Below, piece after piece: positions 43,109 through 57,650 of a stretch of 64,000 bases of DNA. Below the pieces are notes generated by a model. The model saw only the letters and a list, made by a program, of their open reading frames with translations. It searched no databases and was not told where the DNA came from. Position numbers and translations under genes: made by a program. The DNA lies in NCBI RefSeq assembly GCF_009914755.1, contig NC_060926.1; one strand, given 5' to 3'. Every line of letters begins with the position of its first letter. Position 1 is the first letter of the stretch. Origin of the DNA: the human T2T-CHM13v2.0 reference genome, Homo sapiens.

Positions 43109-43399
43109 GGCCGGGCACGGTGGCTTACTCCTGTAATCCCAGCACTTTAGGAGGCTGAGGTGGGCAGATCATGAGGTCAGATTGAGACCATCCTGGCTAA
43201 CACAATGAAACCCCATCTCTACTAAAAATACAAAAAAATTAGCCAGGCGTGGTGGCGGGCACCTGTAGTCTCAGCTACTCGGGAGGCTGAGGCAGAAGAA
43301 TGGCATGAACCCAGGAGGCGGAGCTTGCGGTGAGCCGAGATCACACCACTGCACACCAGCCTGGGCAACAGAGAGAGATTCTGTCTCAAAAAAAAAAAA
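43109..43399 (+). mobile_element. AluY (more CpG-decayed)
   Basis: gaccatcctggctaacac, gaatggcatgaacc, ggagcttgc; TSD aaaaaaattaataat. Confidence 0.9.
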
Positions 43400-43425
43400 T
43401 TAATAATAAAAGTAGTTTTACCTGG

Positions 43426-44013
43426 GTGTATTAATTTTCTATTGCAGCTATAACAAACTACTACAAACTCAGTGGCACAAAACCCCACGAATTTATTATC
43501 TTACTATGTTGTTGGTCAGAAGAGCAACACAGGTCTCACGTGATAAAATTAAGGTATTAGCAATAGTTTGTTCCTTTCTGAAATTTCTAGAAAAGAATCT
43601 GTTTTCCTGTTCATTTAGCTTGTTGGCAGGTTTTAGTTCCTTGTGGTTACTGGCTCTCAGCTGAAAGTTGTTTCCAACTTCTAGAGGCTTCCCATATGCC
43701 TTGGCTTGTGGCCTCCTTCTTTCATCTTCAAAGCCAGCAAGGGCATGATGAATTTCTTTCATACTTCACTTCTCTCATGTCTGTTCTTCTGCCACAGCCA
43801 CTCTCTGGCTGACTCTTCTGCCTTTCTTTTCTGCCTCTAAGGGCCCATGTGACTAGATTGGCCCATCTAGGTAATACAGGATAATCTCCGTATTTTAAGA
43901 TCTGCAACCTTAATTCAATTTGCAAAGCTCCTTTTGTGATGTAATGTAACGTACTCTAAGGATCCAGGGATTAGTGCATGGGCATCATTGGGGGCCATTA
44001 TTCTGCCTACCAT
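43426..44013 (-). mobile_element. MLT1D/E-type LTR
   Basis: tgtattaattttctattgcagctataacaaactac...ggggccattattctgcctaccat. Confidence 0.85.
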
Positions 44014-47000
44014 AGTGGCACATTCTAGTGAGGAGAAATGTTATAAAGCATACCATCAATTATACTATCAATTTATCAAAAGAAATTGAATCAATTTTTA
44101 AACTTTTTTTCCAGTTGTTCACCTAAGATTCACCAATATCCTTATTAGCCACATTTTAAGGGTACATGTTTTATAGAAACTTCTACATATTCATAACCAG
44201 GAGGATAAGAAACAAAGAGATTAAAATAACCTGTAATCTAAGAGTGAAACATAAAAACATGACGGGCTAGTCACATTTGCAGCTTAGTACTATGTTCCCT
44301 GAGCCAGTATGATTCATCCGGTTAAATGAAAGATGGATTATTTTGGATCAATCATGGTTATTCCATGGAATTTTCAGAATTGGATGACAAATGGCAGCTA
44401 TCTCTTTAACCTTGGCTGCCATTATTGGTATGTGGTCCTGTCCTTGGCATGTCTCAGTGTTCTTTCTCATGGAGGACTCCCATAGAATGACCCAATGAAC
44501 AGGTGGAAGCCAAGATGAGGGATACAGAGAGGAGAGAGGAGAGGGGAGAAGGGAGACAGGAAAGAGAAAGCTAGAACACTAACAAGATTCCTTATGAATC
44601 TTTTGAAGCAAACTTCAACCCTGCCTTTCCATGGTATGGTTAAATGGATCTATTTATCTATGTATTATCTATCATCTATCTCTCTGTCAATCATCTATCA
44701 TTTATATTAATTTTATTTGGGGTGTATTGTTTGAAGACAAGGGGATCCTGACTAATATGCAGACTACTTGATTGAACCCTTGAGTCTTACAGTTGGAGAG
44801 GGAAAGGGATGTGAACATGTTCTGCTCTGATATTAGAGGCGTCATTCCTGCTGTCCTCCAAAAGTCACTGTGTGCTCCTCTATCTCCTTATCTGTCTGGG
44901 AATTTAGCCCCCTTCAATATTTTAATTTTACTTTCTCATGATGAATGAGCTTCCTTTGGGAGGAAAAAAATTACAAAAGTCTGTTTTCCTCCTAGCGTAT
45001 TTTGTTTTTGAATTTTTGAATGTCAAATTTTTACTTGATTCCGAAATAAAAGACCAGGAAAGTTTATGCACAGTGACAAGCCTATGGCATCAGTTTCATG
45101 AACAGAGTGGCACCTATATGTTCTTACTGAGGGAAGAGAAAATCAGGATAAGAAAGAAGGACTTGGGTGAGTCACAGATATGCTTTGCTGTCCTGGGCAA
45201 GCTATTTAAATTCCCTAATCTGCAGCCTGCACATAAATTTAGGGAAATACTAATCAAACTTATTTTGCAAAGTTGTCATGGGGATTGTATACTTTGTATC
45301 TAAAGATGCTGAATATTAGAAACTGAATAAATGGAAGTCATTGAAATGTGACATGAACAGAAATGTTTAGGACCCCTTTTGGAGATATATCTCTTTACTA
45401 AAGGAGGCATTATGTTAAAATTTTGTCTTGGAAACCAGGTCAAAGAACCTAGCTATAGTCTTTCCCCTACTGCCTGAGATTTCAAACCATATTTATTTTT
45501 CAAAAAGAGTGAACTGGAAATACATTGAGAACCCTGAAGGCACATGCTGGCTTATTTCTTTGAAGTACTTAATTTGCAACTCTTCTACAAACTGCTTCTA
45601 AACTTCCATATAATAAAGCTTATGAACCCTATATCCACTAATTAGCTGGTTTGGTTAGGATTGAGGGGTTTTCTGATCTCATCTATATATGATCCAGTCA
45701 AAATCTCCAAAGAACATTGAGAATCATCATGACACGTATATTTTAGCTTTCTGTTGTCCACTGAAGCACAAAATTTTTGAAGGCACGACAATTAATAATC
45801 AGGTGTATATGATTTGTTGGAAAATAAACAAGAGTTTAGAAAAATAATCCATTTGTTAGCAGACATTGTAAACCAATAAAAAGAAAACCTGTTTTATTAT
45901 TATTATTTTTTGATCAGTTACTTTAGATTCAGAATTCCCTGACCATGAGTTATGACTCTGCCTTCGAGGATGAATGCTCAAAGCATTCTATGCTCCTGTC
46001 TCAGAGTTTCACAAATGATATCCTTCTCTTGGAAATACATGATACATAAAGTGATAATATATGCATTTAAAAAGTTGTTTTGTTTTGTTTACCCCATCAC
46101 TTTCCAAAAAGTTTATGACAAATTTTCATATTTTCCAGAAGTATAGTTTCATTGAATTCGCTTTAGGGAAGTTTAGGCTAGACAGCATGATTTTTACTAT
46201 GCATATGTTAGACTTAAAAGTAATAGAGTATCATTACCCCAGCTATGTTAGAAATATAAGCCACATAGAGAATAAAATGAGGTTGATTCTAGAAAAAGAA
46301 CATATTTATTTTGGGATTTAGAAAACAGACTTATAATCAAATAACAAAAATATCATGGGCTCATGACCCTGCATGTATTTTTACAAGATATATCACCTCT
46401 CACAGAATAGGACTATGTAGGAAAGCATCATTATGATTTAGTGAAAATCCAGAATTTCAGGCCATCATTAATATAATGTAATGTTATTACTTGCACTTTT
46501 TGGAATCACAGTGCAAATAAAAGCAACATTGGGGAAACATTTTTTCTTTTTACCTAAGCTAGCAATATGAAAACATAATAACCTGAATGCTGGGGAAACT
46601 GTAGCAAAACCTAACACATACATTTCTAGGGGCATTGTTAAGTTTGTTCAACCATGTTGGAAAGCAAGAGCACAGGAGCATCATGGCCAATAGAAATGTA
46701 TATTAAACTCTGTTCATTATGTTTAGATATAAAATTCCATTTTAAGAAAATATTCAAAAAATAGTAGGCAGATAATTTCTTGCAATGAGTGGAGGGGAAA
46801 AGGCTAGACTTAATTTTTGAAGACCCAGGTTTAAGTCCTGTTTCTTTTACTTGACCCCTGGAAACCTATTTCTTCATTATTTGGCTTGTTTTCCCAGAAT
46901 ATTTACCAAATGGCAAAAAAAAAAAAAAAAAAAAAATTGAAAAATTGAAGTAGCAAAAGTCAGAGAAGGATTAATTAACAAATTATTCTTCAGCTTCTAA

Positions 47001-49503
47001 GTTACAACACAACTCTGTGTAATCATGAAAATTGTTTTAGAAGTGTTAAGTAGTGAAAGCAGAAGAAAAGTATCTCTTCATGATGATTACAAAAGCCAAA
47101 GAAAAGACAAGCATTTTGGAAAAGAAAAATGTGTCATAGCAGCGTTTTTAAAGATTTATGTATTATTAATTTTCTTTAATATCTTTTGTGATGATATTTT
47201 TATATGAAAATGCTAAAATAAAAATATGATTTGAGTATAAATTTAACAATATAATTGAATGGGCAAATATTGAGAAGTCTCTATAAATATATGAGTTGTT
47301 AAAATCCTGGCTGACATAAGAGTACACACAGAGAGGGCATCTGAACTCTCGTGATTTGAAAGGGTATGAATCTCATGTGCTCTAGTTTTTATAAGTTTAT
47401 ATATTTTTCTATATTTTTATATTTATATTTTAATATATTTTTATAAGCAACATCATAACTTTCTTAATTATCACATTTTTTAATTTAAGAATTTCTGGGT
47501 TCATTCATTTGACGAACATTAATGAATTAGAACTTGCTAACTGAATTAGGACATACTAAGTGTCAGATAATAACAGAACAAAAGGAGAAAAAGCCATAGT
47601 ATCTACCGTAACGAAGCTCAACTATGTTACTTAATATGTATCTTAATTAATATTAATGAGCAAAATGAACCATTTTCTTCCATGGAACGGATCACAGTGA
47701 CAAATAGTATGACAAAGTTCTTATTGGTGTGGTTTGTAACATGAACCACAGACACGGGATGTAGGAATAAGGGCTGAGTTGAAGAAAGGAAACATAGTTC
47801 TTTCCTTTGCCTTGTTACTTCTTAGCAGTTTGACCAGGTAACTTCCTTCATTTCTTCATTAATTTTCTCATTCATTCATCCCCAGTTATTCTATTTCTCA
47901 GATATTGTGGAGTGTGTCTGTCATATGTAAAGCACAATGCTAGGTAGTGAGGGTACATAACTGAGTTAGACAGAGCTCCTGTCTTCAAGAACCAAATCTT
48001 CTATTAAGGAAGGTGGAAAAGTTTAAAGACAAAGTTATAGCAGGGGTATGAAAGTGTGATGCAAACACAGAAACAACTAAGTATCTTCAACTTCCTTAAA
48101 ATGGTGATATCTACATCCAGATATCATGAGGATAAAAAAGATGATGAAAACAATAGGTCTGTGACACATTCACTGTCTCTGTGCAAATGCAATGAAACCT
48201 CTAAAATCTCCAGCAGTAGTTGGAAAGCCCATTCACAACCGGACCCCAACCTATTTGTCCTATCTAGGATCTTTTCAATCTTTGCCCTATTGCTTCGGAA
48301 ACTTTAAACTATCCACAATTTTTCTAAATATGGTACAATTTCTCACACCTCTGTACCTGGCACTAGTTGCTTTCCCTGCTTGGAAAGATTTTCCTTCTAC
48401 TTCTAACATGAGCCCTCCTGACTCTCTGGTTCATTCCCTTTCTTATGACTTACTCTTCATGTTGCAGACACAGTGAAAATTACATAGCAAAATCTTCTCA
48501 AACTCCCAATGCAGTTAATTACTTCTTTCTTTCAGCACCCCTACTGCTTTTTTCCCTACTTGTAGTAAAAAACTGATCAAAGCCACCTGTCTGTCCTCTT
48601 CATCATTAACTCCCTGAGGGTAGAGACTTCACCTTTCCCATTTCCTTACTGCCAGCACCTAGCAACATGTCTTAGTAAATATTGGTTATAAAAATTAATG
48701 CAACTATAGAGAACACACTAGCCAATGAAAAAACTAAGTGAATGAATGAGTGATCAAATTAGTGAGTCAGTAAATTACTGAATAGTGATTGAGGAAATGA
48801 GGAAATGATTGAGTGGCAAATTATGGCATAATTATTTAATTAATGAATACATTCATTATTTAGTAAGTGAATAAATAAGTGTATGACTTACCTAAAGAGT
48901 TCATAGCAGTTTTTCTTTCCAGATCAGAGAAATTCAGGATTTTAATTGACATAAACTTTTTTCCTCCAACAGCTGTGTCTCCGGTCATCATACTGCAAGT
49001 AGAGTTTTTGCCAAAGGTATTAAGAATAGCTCACCATTTAACTATTCCAGACAATTTGCAATTGCAGTCTGTGACAAAGCCACAGTTTTAACAATATTTC
49101 ACAATCCTCATTTTATGACTGTGATTTTTTTAATGTAAACATCACCCTCTGTGAAATTGTTTTGTTTTTTTTTTAAATTTTTTTCCAGATATTAGTAACA
49201 GAGAAATGACTTATATACTATATGTTGGCTAATAAATTATATTCCTTCACAGTAAGTAAGTTCTAGCTGACTTTGATTTATGAAGACAACATTGACTTAG
49301 AAGAAAAATATTTTTGTTAATTTGATAAAATGTATCAAAACTGTTCTGTAGTACTTCATTTGCACTAGCAAAGCTATGAACTTAGCTTGAGACATGGCAT
49401 GGCATTTGTGTATGGCCACAAGGAGACATTGTGTCTTGTCTTTGCAGTACAAAACTGCACACAATCTTGTTTGTGAAAATTGTGCCCAGGAATAATTATT
49501 TAG

Positions 49504-49806
49504 GTTTTTTTGTTTGTTTGTTTTTTGTTTTGTGACAGAGTCTCACTCTCTTGCTCAGACTAGAGTGCAGTGGTGCTATCTTGGCTCACTGAAACCTCTG
49601 CCTTTCCTCAACCTCCACCTCCCAGGCTCCAGTGATTCTCCTGCCTCAGCCTCCCAAGTAGCTGAGATTACAGGTGTGCACCACCATGCCTGGCTGATTT
49701 TTTTTTTTTTTTTTTGTATTTTTAGTAGAGACAGGGTTTCACCATGTTGGCCAGGCTGGTCTCAAACTCCTGACCTCAAATAATCCACCCACCTCAGCAT
49801 CCCAAA
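49504..49806 (-). mobile_element. AluS, 5'-truncated, with small internal duplication
   Basis: Antisense Alu ending at catcccaaa; aacctctgcct ttcctc aacctccacct. Confidence 0.9.
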
Positions 49807-52800
49807 ATTATGTAGTATTTTGAACATCCTTTCCTGTGCAGCCAGAGGTTTCTAATGATAATTGTTAAATAAACAGATCATTAGGTTAAGATTAAGACTG
49901 TCAATACAGGCTTAGTCTGCTAAATTAACAGTGTTTGATAGAATGGGACCCATGCCTTCTGCAGTGGTTAGCAAATATTGAATTTGTAAGATTCCATCAT
50001 TACCTTGTTTTTCATGTTACTGAGTAATAAAGTGAGGCCTAAGTGAATATATGGTTTACTAAATTGATTTCAGACATTAGAGAAAATGCAAAATAGTAAA
50101 ATAAACATTCTTTAACATGAAAAAAAGTGAGCTTAGTCACTCTGTGTCCTTTCAGTGTCCTTCTTAAAGATTTAGCTTTTCTAGACCCTTTTAAAAGAAT
50201 ACAACTTTTAACACTAAAAAGTATGTTCTTTAAAAAAACTTTTGGAAAATAGAAATGAATTATAAACTTTTCCAAAATTTTGGCTGATTTCCTTAGGATT
50301 AATTCCCAAAAAAAGAGAATATGTAAGTCTAAATTGTGAATACTTTAAAGTACTTTTTATTGATTTTCAATTGCTGTATAGAAAGAACCTGAATATATAC
50401 TAAGTACTAAAATGTCTCTTCCTCCTGTAGAAGTACCTTGTCTCTTACGTTTAGTAATGGAAACAAATGTGATGAATTGCTAAAGGCCTTTTTCCATGAT
50501 GGCACTCTATTCATAGAAGTTTATATGGCATTTCAAAAGCTCTAGTCTAAACAAATATTGACATAATTTTGGAATCAACTCTCCCCAAGAAGCAGTCATG
50601 TAGAAAAGAATATGGATTTTTTTCTTACCCTCCAGAGTATGGAAGTGATCCCCTAAAGAGGACATTCCTGGAATGCTAGACAAACTCAACGTAAGGAACC
50701 ACATTCTAATGTTTTTGGACTCACCACCTATGCAATGAGCTGACTGCTAGACTTACATCAGGAGTGTTGTGTCTCTGGAAATGTCCAGAGAGAGGTTGGA
50801 TGACCAATGCTTGGGAAGATTTTTAAAGGTGCTCTAGTTCCAGTTGGGTAATCCAACTAGACATAATGTAAAGTTGCTTCATGCTGGCGCCATGATGTAA
50901 ACCTCATATCCAGCACATGCAAGCAATTAAATAACTGGAAACTATTACATTTCCAAAGAGACGGTAAACTAAATTTTAATCCATTATTTCAACCTTCTGC
51001 TTCATTAATGCCCTTTGAATGAACTACTAAAAGTAACAGAACAGTAGTTTGGGAATTGTCTTTTGTTTTTGTTTTTGATAGCTTGAGTTTATCTGCTTCC
51101 TCCTTGGGCCTCTCCCTACTTCATACTGGACATGCCAATGTCTCAAAAGAGACAGGAGAAGAAGAAAACACCTACCTAAATTCAATAATGGATTAGGAAT
51201 TGGGATGCAAAGGCAAAATGATTTGAGAACTTAAGGAAGTTTTACAGAGACAAGGCAAGGTATCTAAGACATTTTAACAAAGCCATGGCACACTTACTGA
51301 TCTTGGAATTGGACTCTGCCATCCATCCTGTCCCTTCCCATACCAGCACACCAGTCCCCATTTCTGTTGACTTTTTCCCCTATTCTTCTCCTTTACAATT
51401 TGCCCAAGCTGGGAAATGTGGCTCTCATATGACAACATGAAAAATTCTCAAAGGAATGTTGAATATTTACTTTAACGATAAGAACTTGATTAGAAGAAAG
51501 AGGCAATTAAGAAATACTGTTCTCTTTGAACAAATTCAAGAAATATTTTGAGACACAAAGGGGCTGAGGCATTTCTGTGTATCCTTATGAGAAAAAATCA
51601 ATAGAAATCGAGTATGATAGATTTTGAATACACCCCTCAGGACATAGGAAGGTTTACGTGGATATTGCAGCGTATTGGAAATGGACTACATGTTCTGTGA
51701 CTAAGTTGGGGAAGTAGGTCAATCCATTAGATATTACAATTACATGATGCAATAGGAAAAGCACAGCTATTGAATTTTAGCTGCTATAATCCCAGCTAGG
51801 ACTCGACAACCCGCAGTTGTTCTACAATTACGATAATCTTTCAGGTGGACTTCATACATGAACTGAAGAAATTCTTTTGAAAATAACTTTTAAAAGGGAG
51901 AACATTTCCCCCGCACACATTTTCTAGTCTGCTTGGCCGTCCCCTCTGGGCTCAGTAAAAGAAACTCATGCAGTGCAAGTATGTTTAGCAATTGGGCCTG
52001 TTCCCAGGTTGTGAGACGTTTAGCAAAAATCCAGAGTTATTATTAGATCTAAATGGAGGCTTTTGTCAAAAGGCCTCTTGAATTGTTAGGAAATCAGAGT
52101 GCAAATTGATAATGACACACAACACGTCTCTGCCCTGGCAGCTCCCCGAAGGCTGCTGAGATACCCCAGAAAGAAGTTCCATAGCCTCACGCCAACAGCA
52201 TGTTGCCCAATACTTGTCCTTCTCCTAAGTCAGCCTGACAACTGCATTCTTCTCTTTTTTATAAGAGGCAAAACGAGATGGATTAAAGAGGATGTTTGAA
52301 CTGAGACTATTAATTTCCTTGCAGTGTGTTTTCAAGTCAGATTCCTTTAGAAGAGTCTTTTGTGGTTTCATAAAATTACAACTTTGGCTATTCAGCTGCC
52401 TTTTCCAAAGCACAAATTTGGCTTCTAAAGAAAATGTACTGCATATCAAGAAAGGAAAGGAATGAGTATGTGGTTATCTTAAATATACTCATTTTATATA
52501 ATAGCTCCTTTATGCAAAGAAACAATTACAGTATTAACTACTTATTAATTTAAAAATCGTAAAACATAGTCTTCCTAAAACGTATACGTTTTCTTTGATA
52601 TATATTTTTTAATTAATAAAAAAGTTTTTCCTTTAGCAATATTTAAATGCTTAAATATGCTTTTTTTCTATCAGGTTTAAAGATATAAATTTCTCTTCTT
52701 TTTCTAAGGCTATTACAATATTTTTAATGTTTCAGGGATTAGGTGAGAGACCACTTCCTGAGCAAAGTGCATGTGTGTGATATCTTCAGGGAAATTGGAG

Positions 52801-53293
52801 AATGAATTGCTCCACCTCCTTGTCTTAATACTCCTGGCCCCATTAGCTTTCTTTGGATGTGCCCTATGGCCATGCACGTGGGAATAGGGCTCACTAAATG
52901 GCAAAGTAATTTCAGATTCTTTGTTGGTCCCACTTCTGTGGTCCAAGCACAGTACCTCCCACATGGCAGGAAGTCTATTTTACGTAATGAACCATTAAAC
53001 ATAATCCCCGGAAAAGGGGAGATCCTTACTTTTCACTGCTCTGCAGGTTTGACCAACTTTTAGTTAGTTTGAACTGATAGAAAACTGAACCCAATTTACT
53101 TGCCAATGAAGAAAGACAACTTGGATATGTGGAGTCACATCAAACGTTTGGGGATGAACTTCGGGCACATAAGGACACAGTGAGATTTTAAAGGGTGCTT
53201 ACTAGCTGTCCACAAACCTCAGCTGTAGTTCCAGTGCTACGTGTGGTTGATCCATCACTTTCCTCCATTGGGCTTTTTCTGCTCTTACTGAGA

Positions 53294-53930
53294 TCAATGG
53301 TTCTCAAACATCACTATGCATCAGAACCACCACTGGAGATTTTTAAAACACCTATTCCCTGGTCCCACCTCAGACTAATTAATTCAGAATATCCAGTGTG
53401 TGTGGCCCATCTGTGTATTTAATTTTAATTTGATTTTATTTTAAGTACAAGGGTACCTGTGCAGGATGTAGAGGTTTGTTACATAGGTATATGTGTGCCA
53501 TAATGGTTTATTGCACCTGTCAACCCATCACCTAGGTATGAAGCCCGGCATACACTAGCTAATTTTTCTGATATTGTTCTCTCACGCCACCTTCCACTGA
53601 CAGATCCCAGTGTGTGTTGTCCCCTCCCTGTGTCCATGTGTTCTCATTGTTCGGCTTCCTTTTATAAGTGAGCACATGTGGTTTTTGGTTTTCTGTTCCT
53701 GCATTAGTTTGCAGAGGATAATGGCTTCCAGCTTCATTCATGTCCCTGCAAAGGACATAATCTCTTTCCTTTTTATGACTGCATAGTATTCTATGGTGTG
53801 TATGTACCACATTTTCTTTATCTAGTCTATCATTGATGGGCATTTGAGTGGGTTGATTCCATGTTTTTGCTACTGCGAATAGTTCAGCTGTGTATTTTTA
53901 AAAAGTTCTCCAGGTGATTCCAAAGTGAAG
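53294..53930. mobile_element. MER5A split by an L1PA
   Basis: caatggttctcaaac...catcagaaccacc ... aagttctccaggtgattcc. Confidence 0.8.
53421..53883 (-). mobile_element. L1PA 3' end (older PA subfamily)
   Basis: gtgcaggatgtagaggtttgttacatagg...gtctatcattgatgggcattt; TSD ctgtgtattt at 53411-53420 and 53888-53897. Confidence 0.9.
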
Positions 53931-56620
53931 TTGGAAGTAAACCTGAAGATCATCCTCAAACATCTGATGTGACTCCAGATATCCAAGTTGTTTTTCTTCA
54001 TTGGTAACTAAATTGGATTCAGTTTTCTATCAGTTCAAACTAATTAAAAGGTTTGGCTCACACACACAATTGTCTTCACCTGGTATGCTACCAACTCAGG
54101 GCCATACCAAACTGCTCCAGACTTTAACGTGATATGATTGACCTGGGGTCTTGTAAAAATGAAGCTTCTGACTCATTAGGTCTGTTCTTTCTGCCGTGAT
54201 ACTGAGCAACAGACCTGTGTGGCTATAGCCACTCAAGGTGGATGTCCTACCTCAGCTTGGCACTAAATCTCTCCTTGTGTCTTAAGGACAGGTTGGGACA
54301 TGAGAGCTCTTGAAGGCTCAAGACTCCCAGAATAAAGCAGCATCGGTGGGCCATCTTTGGGAATGGTAATGGACGGGAAAGAAGGGCACCCACTCACTTG
54401 ATTTCTGTGCTCCTTATATTTTTGATGTTTATCGAAGCTGACGTTGCTTCCCAAAGGCCAAGGTAGGAAAGACAAAACAGATCATTTTCATCTGCCTCAT
54501 GTTCCCTTAGCTATTTCCCAGGCTGACTGAGAACAATTTGCATCCTGTCCAGGCCTCATAATTTCTGGTTGTTAAAGAAAGACACATGGGTATTGCCAAA
54601 GCATCGGGAGACCGTTACTCAGTGTAGTGTGACTTGAAGGATGTGGGAAATGTGGGAGCGTGGATTACTTTGATTTTTCTTCCTGTGGTCCACACTGGAA
54701 GTTTCCTATGAAAGAGGGAGAGACATTGAGTTTGCATTCTCTTTCAATTTAATTTTGGATTCAAAGCATGTGTGTGTATTAAATACAGTGACTATGAGGT
54801 ATCCTCTGTGTGTCAGATTCTTGGTTAGATGCTGGGGACAGTGACTTTAAGGAGTCATAGATTTTCTCTTCAAGGGGCTCCTAATTGTGGGTAGGGAAAG
54901 CCACACAGCTAAGTGTTATCCTGAAGAATAAGGTGCCATAAGAACACAGAAAAAAGGCAATTAACTCTTTTGCTTATATGGTAAAAAAGATAACAGGGGA
55001 AGTATGTCAGGGAAACTTTAAAAAATAAAGAATTCCTCAAAATAGAAACAGGAGAAAAGCTTTCTAAGTAGGAATATAGCATGCCTCAAGTCAAGGAAGC
55101 AAAACACTATTTTAAGCTTTATTATAGCACTAGAATTAAATTTAGTTATATCTAATCTTAAATATAAACATTTTTTTCACTCATACAGATTTTCTAATCT
55201 TTAGGGCACCACCTAATCTATACTCACTAATAATCTGAGTGATGGCATGGTATTCCAGAAAGGCCAAGGCAAAATTGGAAAAGAAAATGAACCCCTAAAA
55301 CATGAAGGTAAATTTTAGTTCAACTTGAATCAAATGTAGCAAAGATGAGGAAGACAGTACCTGTAATACAGGTGAGATTTATTTTGTGATTTACTTGAGG
55401 CTGGGCATGAGGTTTGGCTCACATACAGAATTATTTTCCCCTGGGAGTACTACCAGTTTAGGACCATATCAAACAAATGCTTGGCGGGGTTCTTGTGGAC
55501 TGTGTGGGCAATGGAAACATGGGTTTATAAATTCTAAGAGGAGATATTTGTCTGCCTCCACCTAGAGTCAAAGTTGATACAGTTCGGTGTCCTTCTATGT
55601 TCCCTTAGAGTTTGTTGGTTTTTTTCTTCAATTTTATCCATTCCCTGAGGACATTGCTCTTTTGGAGTCTTGACTTTATATAGAGGTCCGTGGTGATTTA
55701 ACCTTTACACGTATGGTATTAACTGATATACCAGGGCAGTAGTTGTCTCCAGTGGTTTGTTTCTGTTTCTCATTATTTTTGGCCTCTTGCAATATCCTTT
55801 ATTATTTTGAGACACGCACGCACACACACACACCCACACAGGCACATACACTCTTTCAAAATATTCTATATATTCTTTCAAAACAGTTTATTCAGCCTTT
55901 TAGTTAATGTCTTAGTTTATGTTACTATCTAACAAACGACCCCCAAAACTTGGTAGCTTAAATTAACAGCAATGGTAGATTATGGAGATGATCTTGTCTT
56001 GTACAAGTGACTTTTACTGATTTTTAAATGTCTAGATTATTATATTGACAAAAATAAGATTTAAACAATTTAGTATGAACAGAGGCATGATGGATGTCCA
56101 TCAATGAATTGCACTTGTGCTTAACAAGAACTTAATGGTTCCTGAATCCCTCCTGGCTCACTGCTGATCAGTGGGCCCACCTGGTGCACAGATGGGATGT
56201 GGAGGAAAAGGTAGGGTTTAGTCAAAAATAGAGAAGTGCTTAAGGTAGAGAGCAAAATGCTGGCCTTGGCTTCATTAGCATAAGTAATCTGGCAACTAAG
56301 TGTGTAATGAATTCAAAATCTGGAGATAAGATTGGAGGGGGGTGGCAGGGTCCAAACTGAAACAGAACTGGATTGTGGAGAGTGCATGAAGGAAGTAAGA
56401 CAGGCCAGCATTCAGTGCTAGTTGGAAATAAGTTTGAGTCTTGCCTTAGCAAATAGCCAGCTCCATGATCTCAAATAAATCACGTTTTAAAAAAGATTTT
56501 CAAAGATGAAGGGCAGAATTGAAAAAAAAAAAAGGAAGAAGAAAGTCACAACTGGACACACCCTTGTAGAAATTAGAAATTAGATAGAAATTTTCAACAC
56601 TGGAATAAAAGAAGATTTTA

Positions 56621-57071
<451 letters not shown>

Positions 57072-57074
57072 TCA

Positions 57075-57650
57075 AAAGTGGTGGAAAGTTTTGGCTTCCT
57101 AACCACCAACCATTTCTTCTCTGCCTATTCGTAAGCACATTTCCAGTTTATAAGGCATTTCATGAGAGAAATATGCTAAGGAGGGAGCCTTCCACAGTCC
57201 TGGAGGATGAATCATTATTAGTCTAAATCAATCATGACAAAATCTCTTCTCTTTGATATTGATTATTTGAAGTGTGGGATTATAATGCAATTCTAGCCAA
57301 GACGTCTTCAGGGGCTTCTGGAAAACATTTCTGTTTTCCTGATAAAGAAGATAGAGGTATTCAGGAAGGTCTTTTTTTCTCCTTACAGCTCTTCGCCCTG
57401 CCTCAAACTCAGTTCTTTGAGGATATTATGTTTGGATCTGTGTCATCCAACTTATGACCAGGAGGTCATAAGCCAACATACTGTGGATGGCTAAGTAGAA
57501 TAATGGAAAGAGCCTGGGTCATTGATAACATTGTTTAGCTACTGAACCAAGCCTGGTACCACCTACCTCCAGATTTCCTGTTATTTGAGATAATTAAGAA
57601 TCTTTATTACCTAAGCCATTTTGGGGTATGGAATGCATCATAAATGATAC
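57075..57650 (+). mobile_element. Old MLT1J/K-type LTR
   Basis: ggggcttctggaaaacatttctg...ggaaagagcctgggtcattgataacattg...cctacctccagatttcctg. Confidence 0.6.

Larger units (their letters stand above)
53057..54050. repeat. Inverted repeat, 109-bp arms (53057-53165 and 53942-54050)
   Basis: Manual ungapped alignment gives 11 mismatches in 109 nt. Confidence 0.95.

Noticed and set aside
54909-54923. Third ctaagtgttatcctg match to the 32.5/36.6 kb duplication
   Set aside because: Only 15 bp, in L2-like context with unrelated flanks; may be chance
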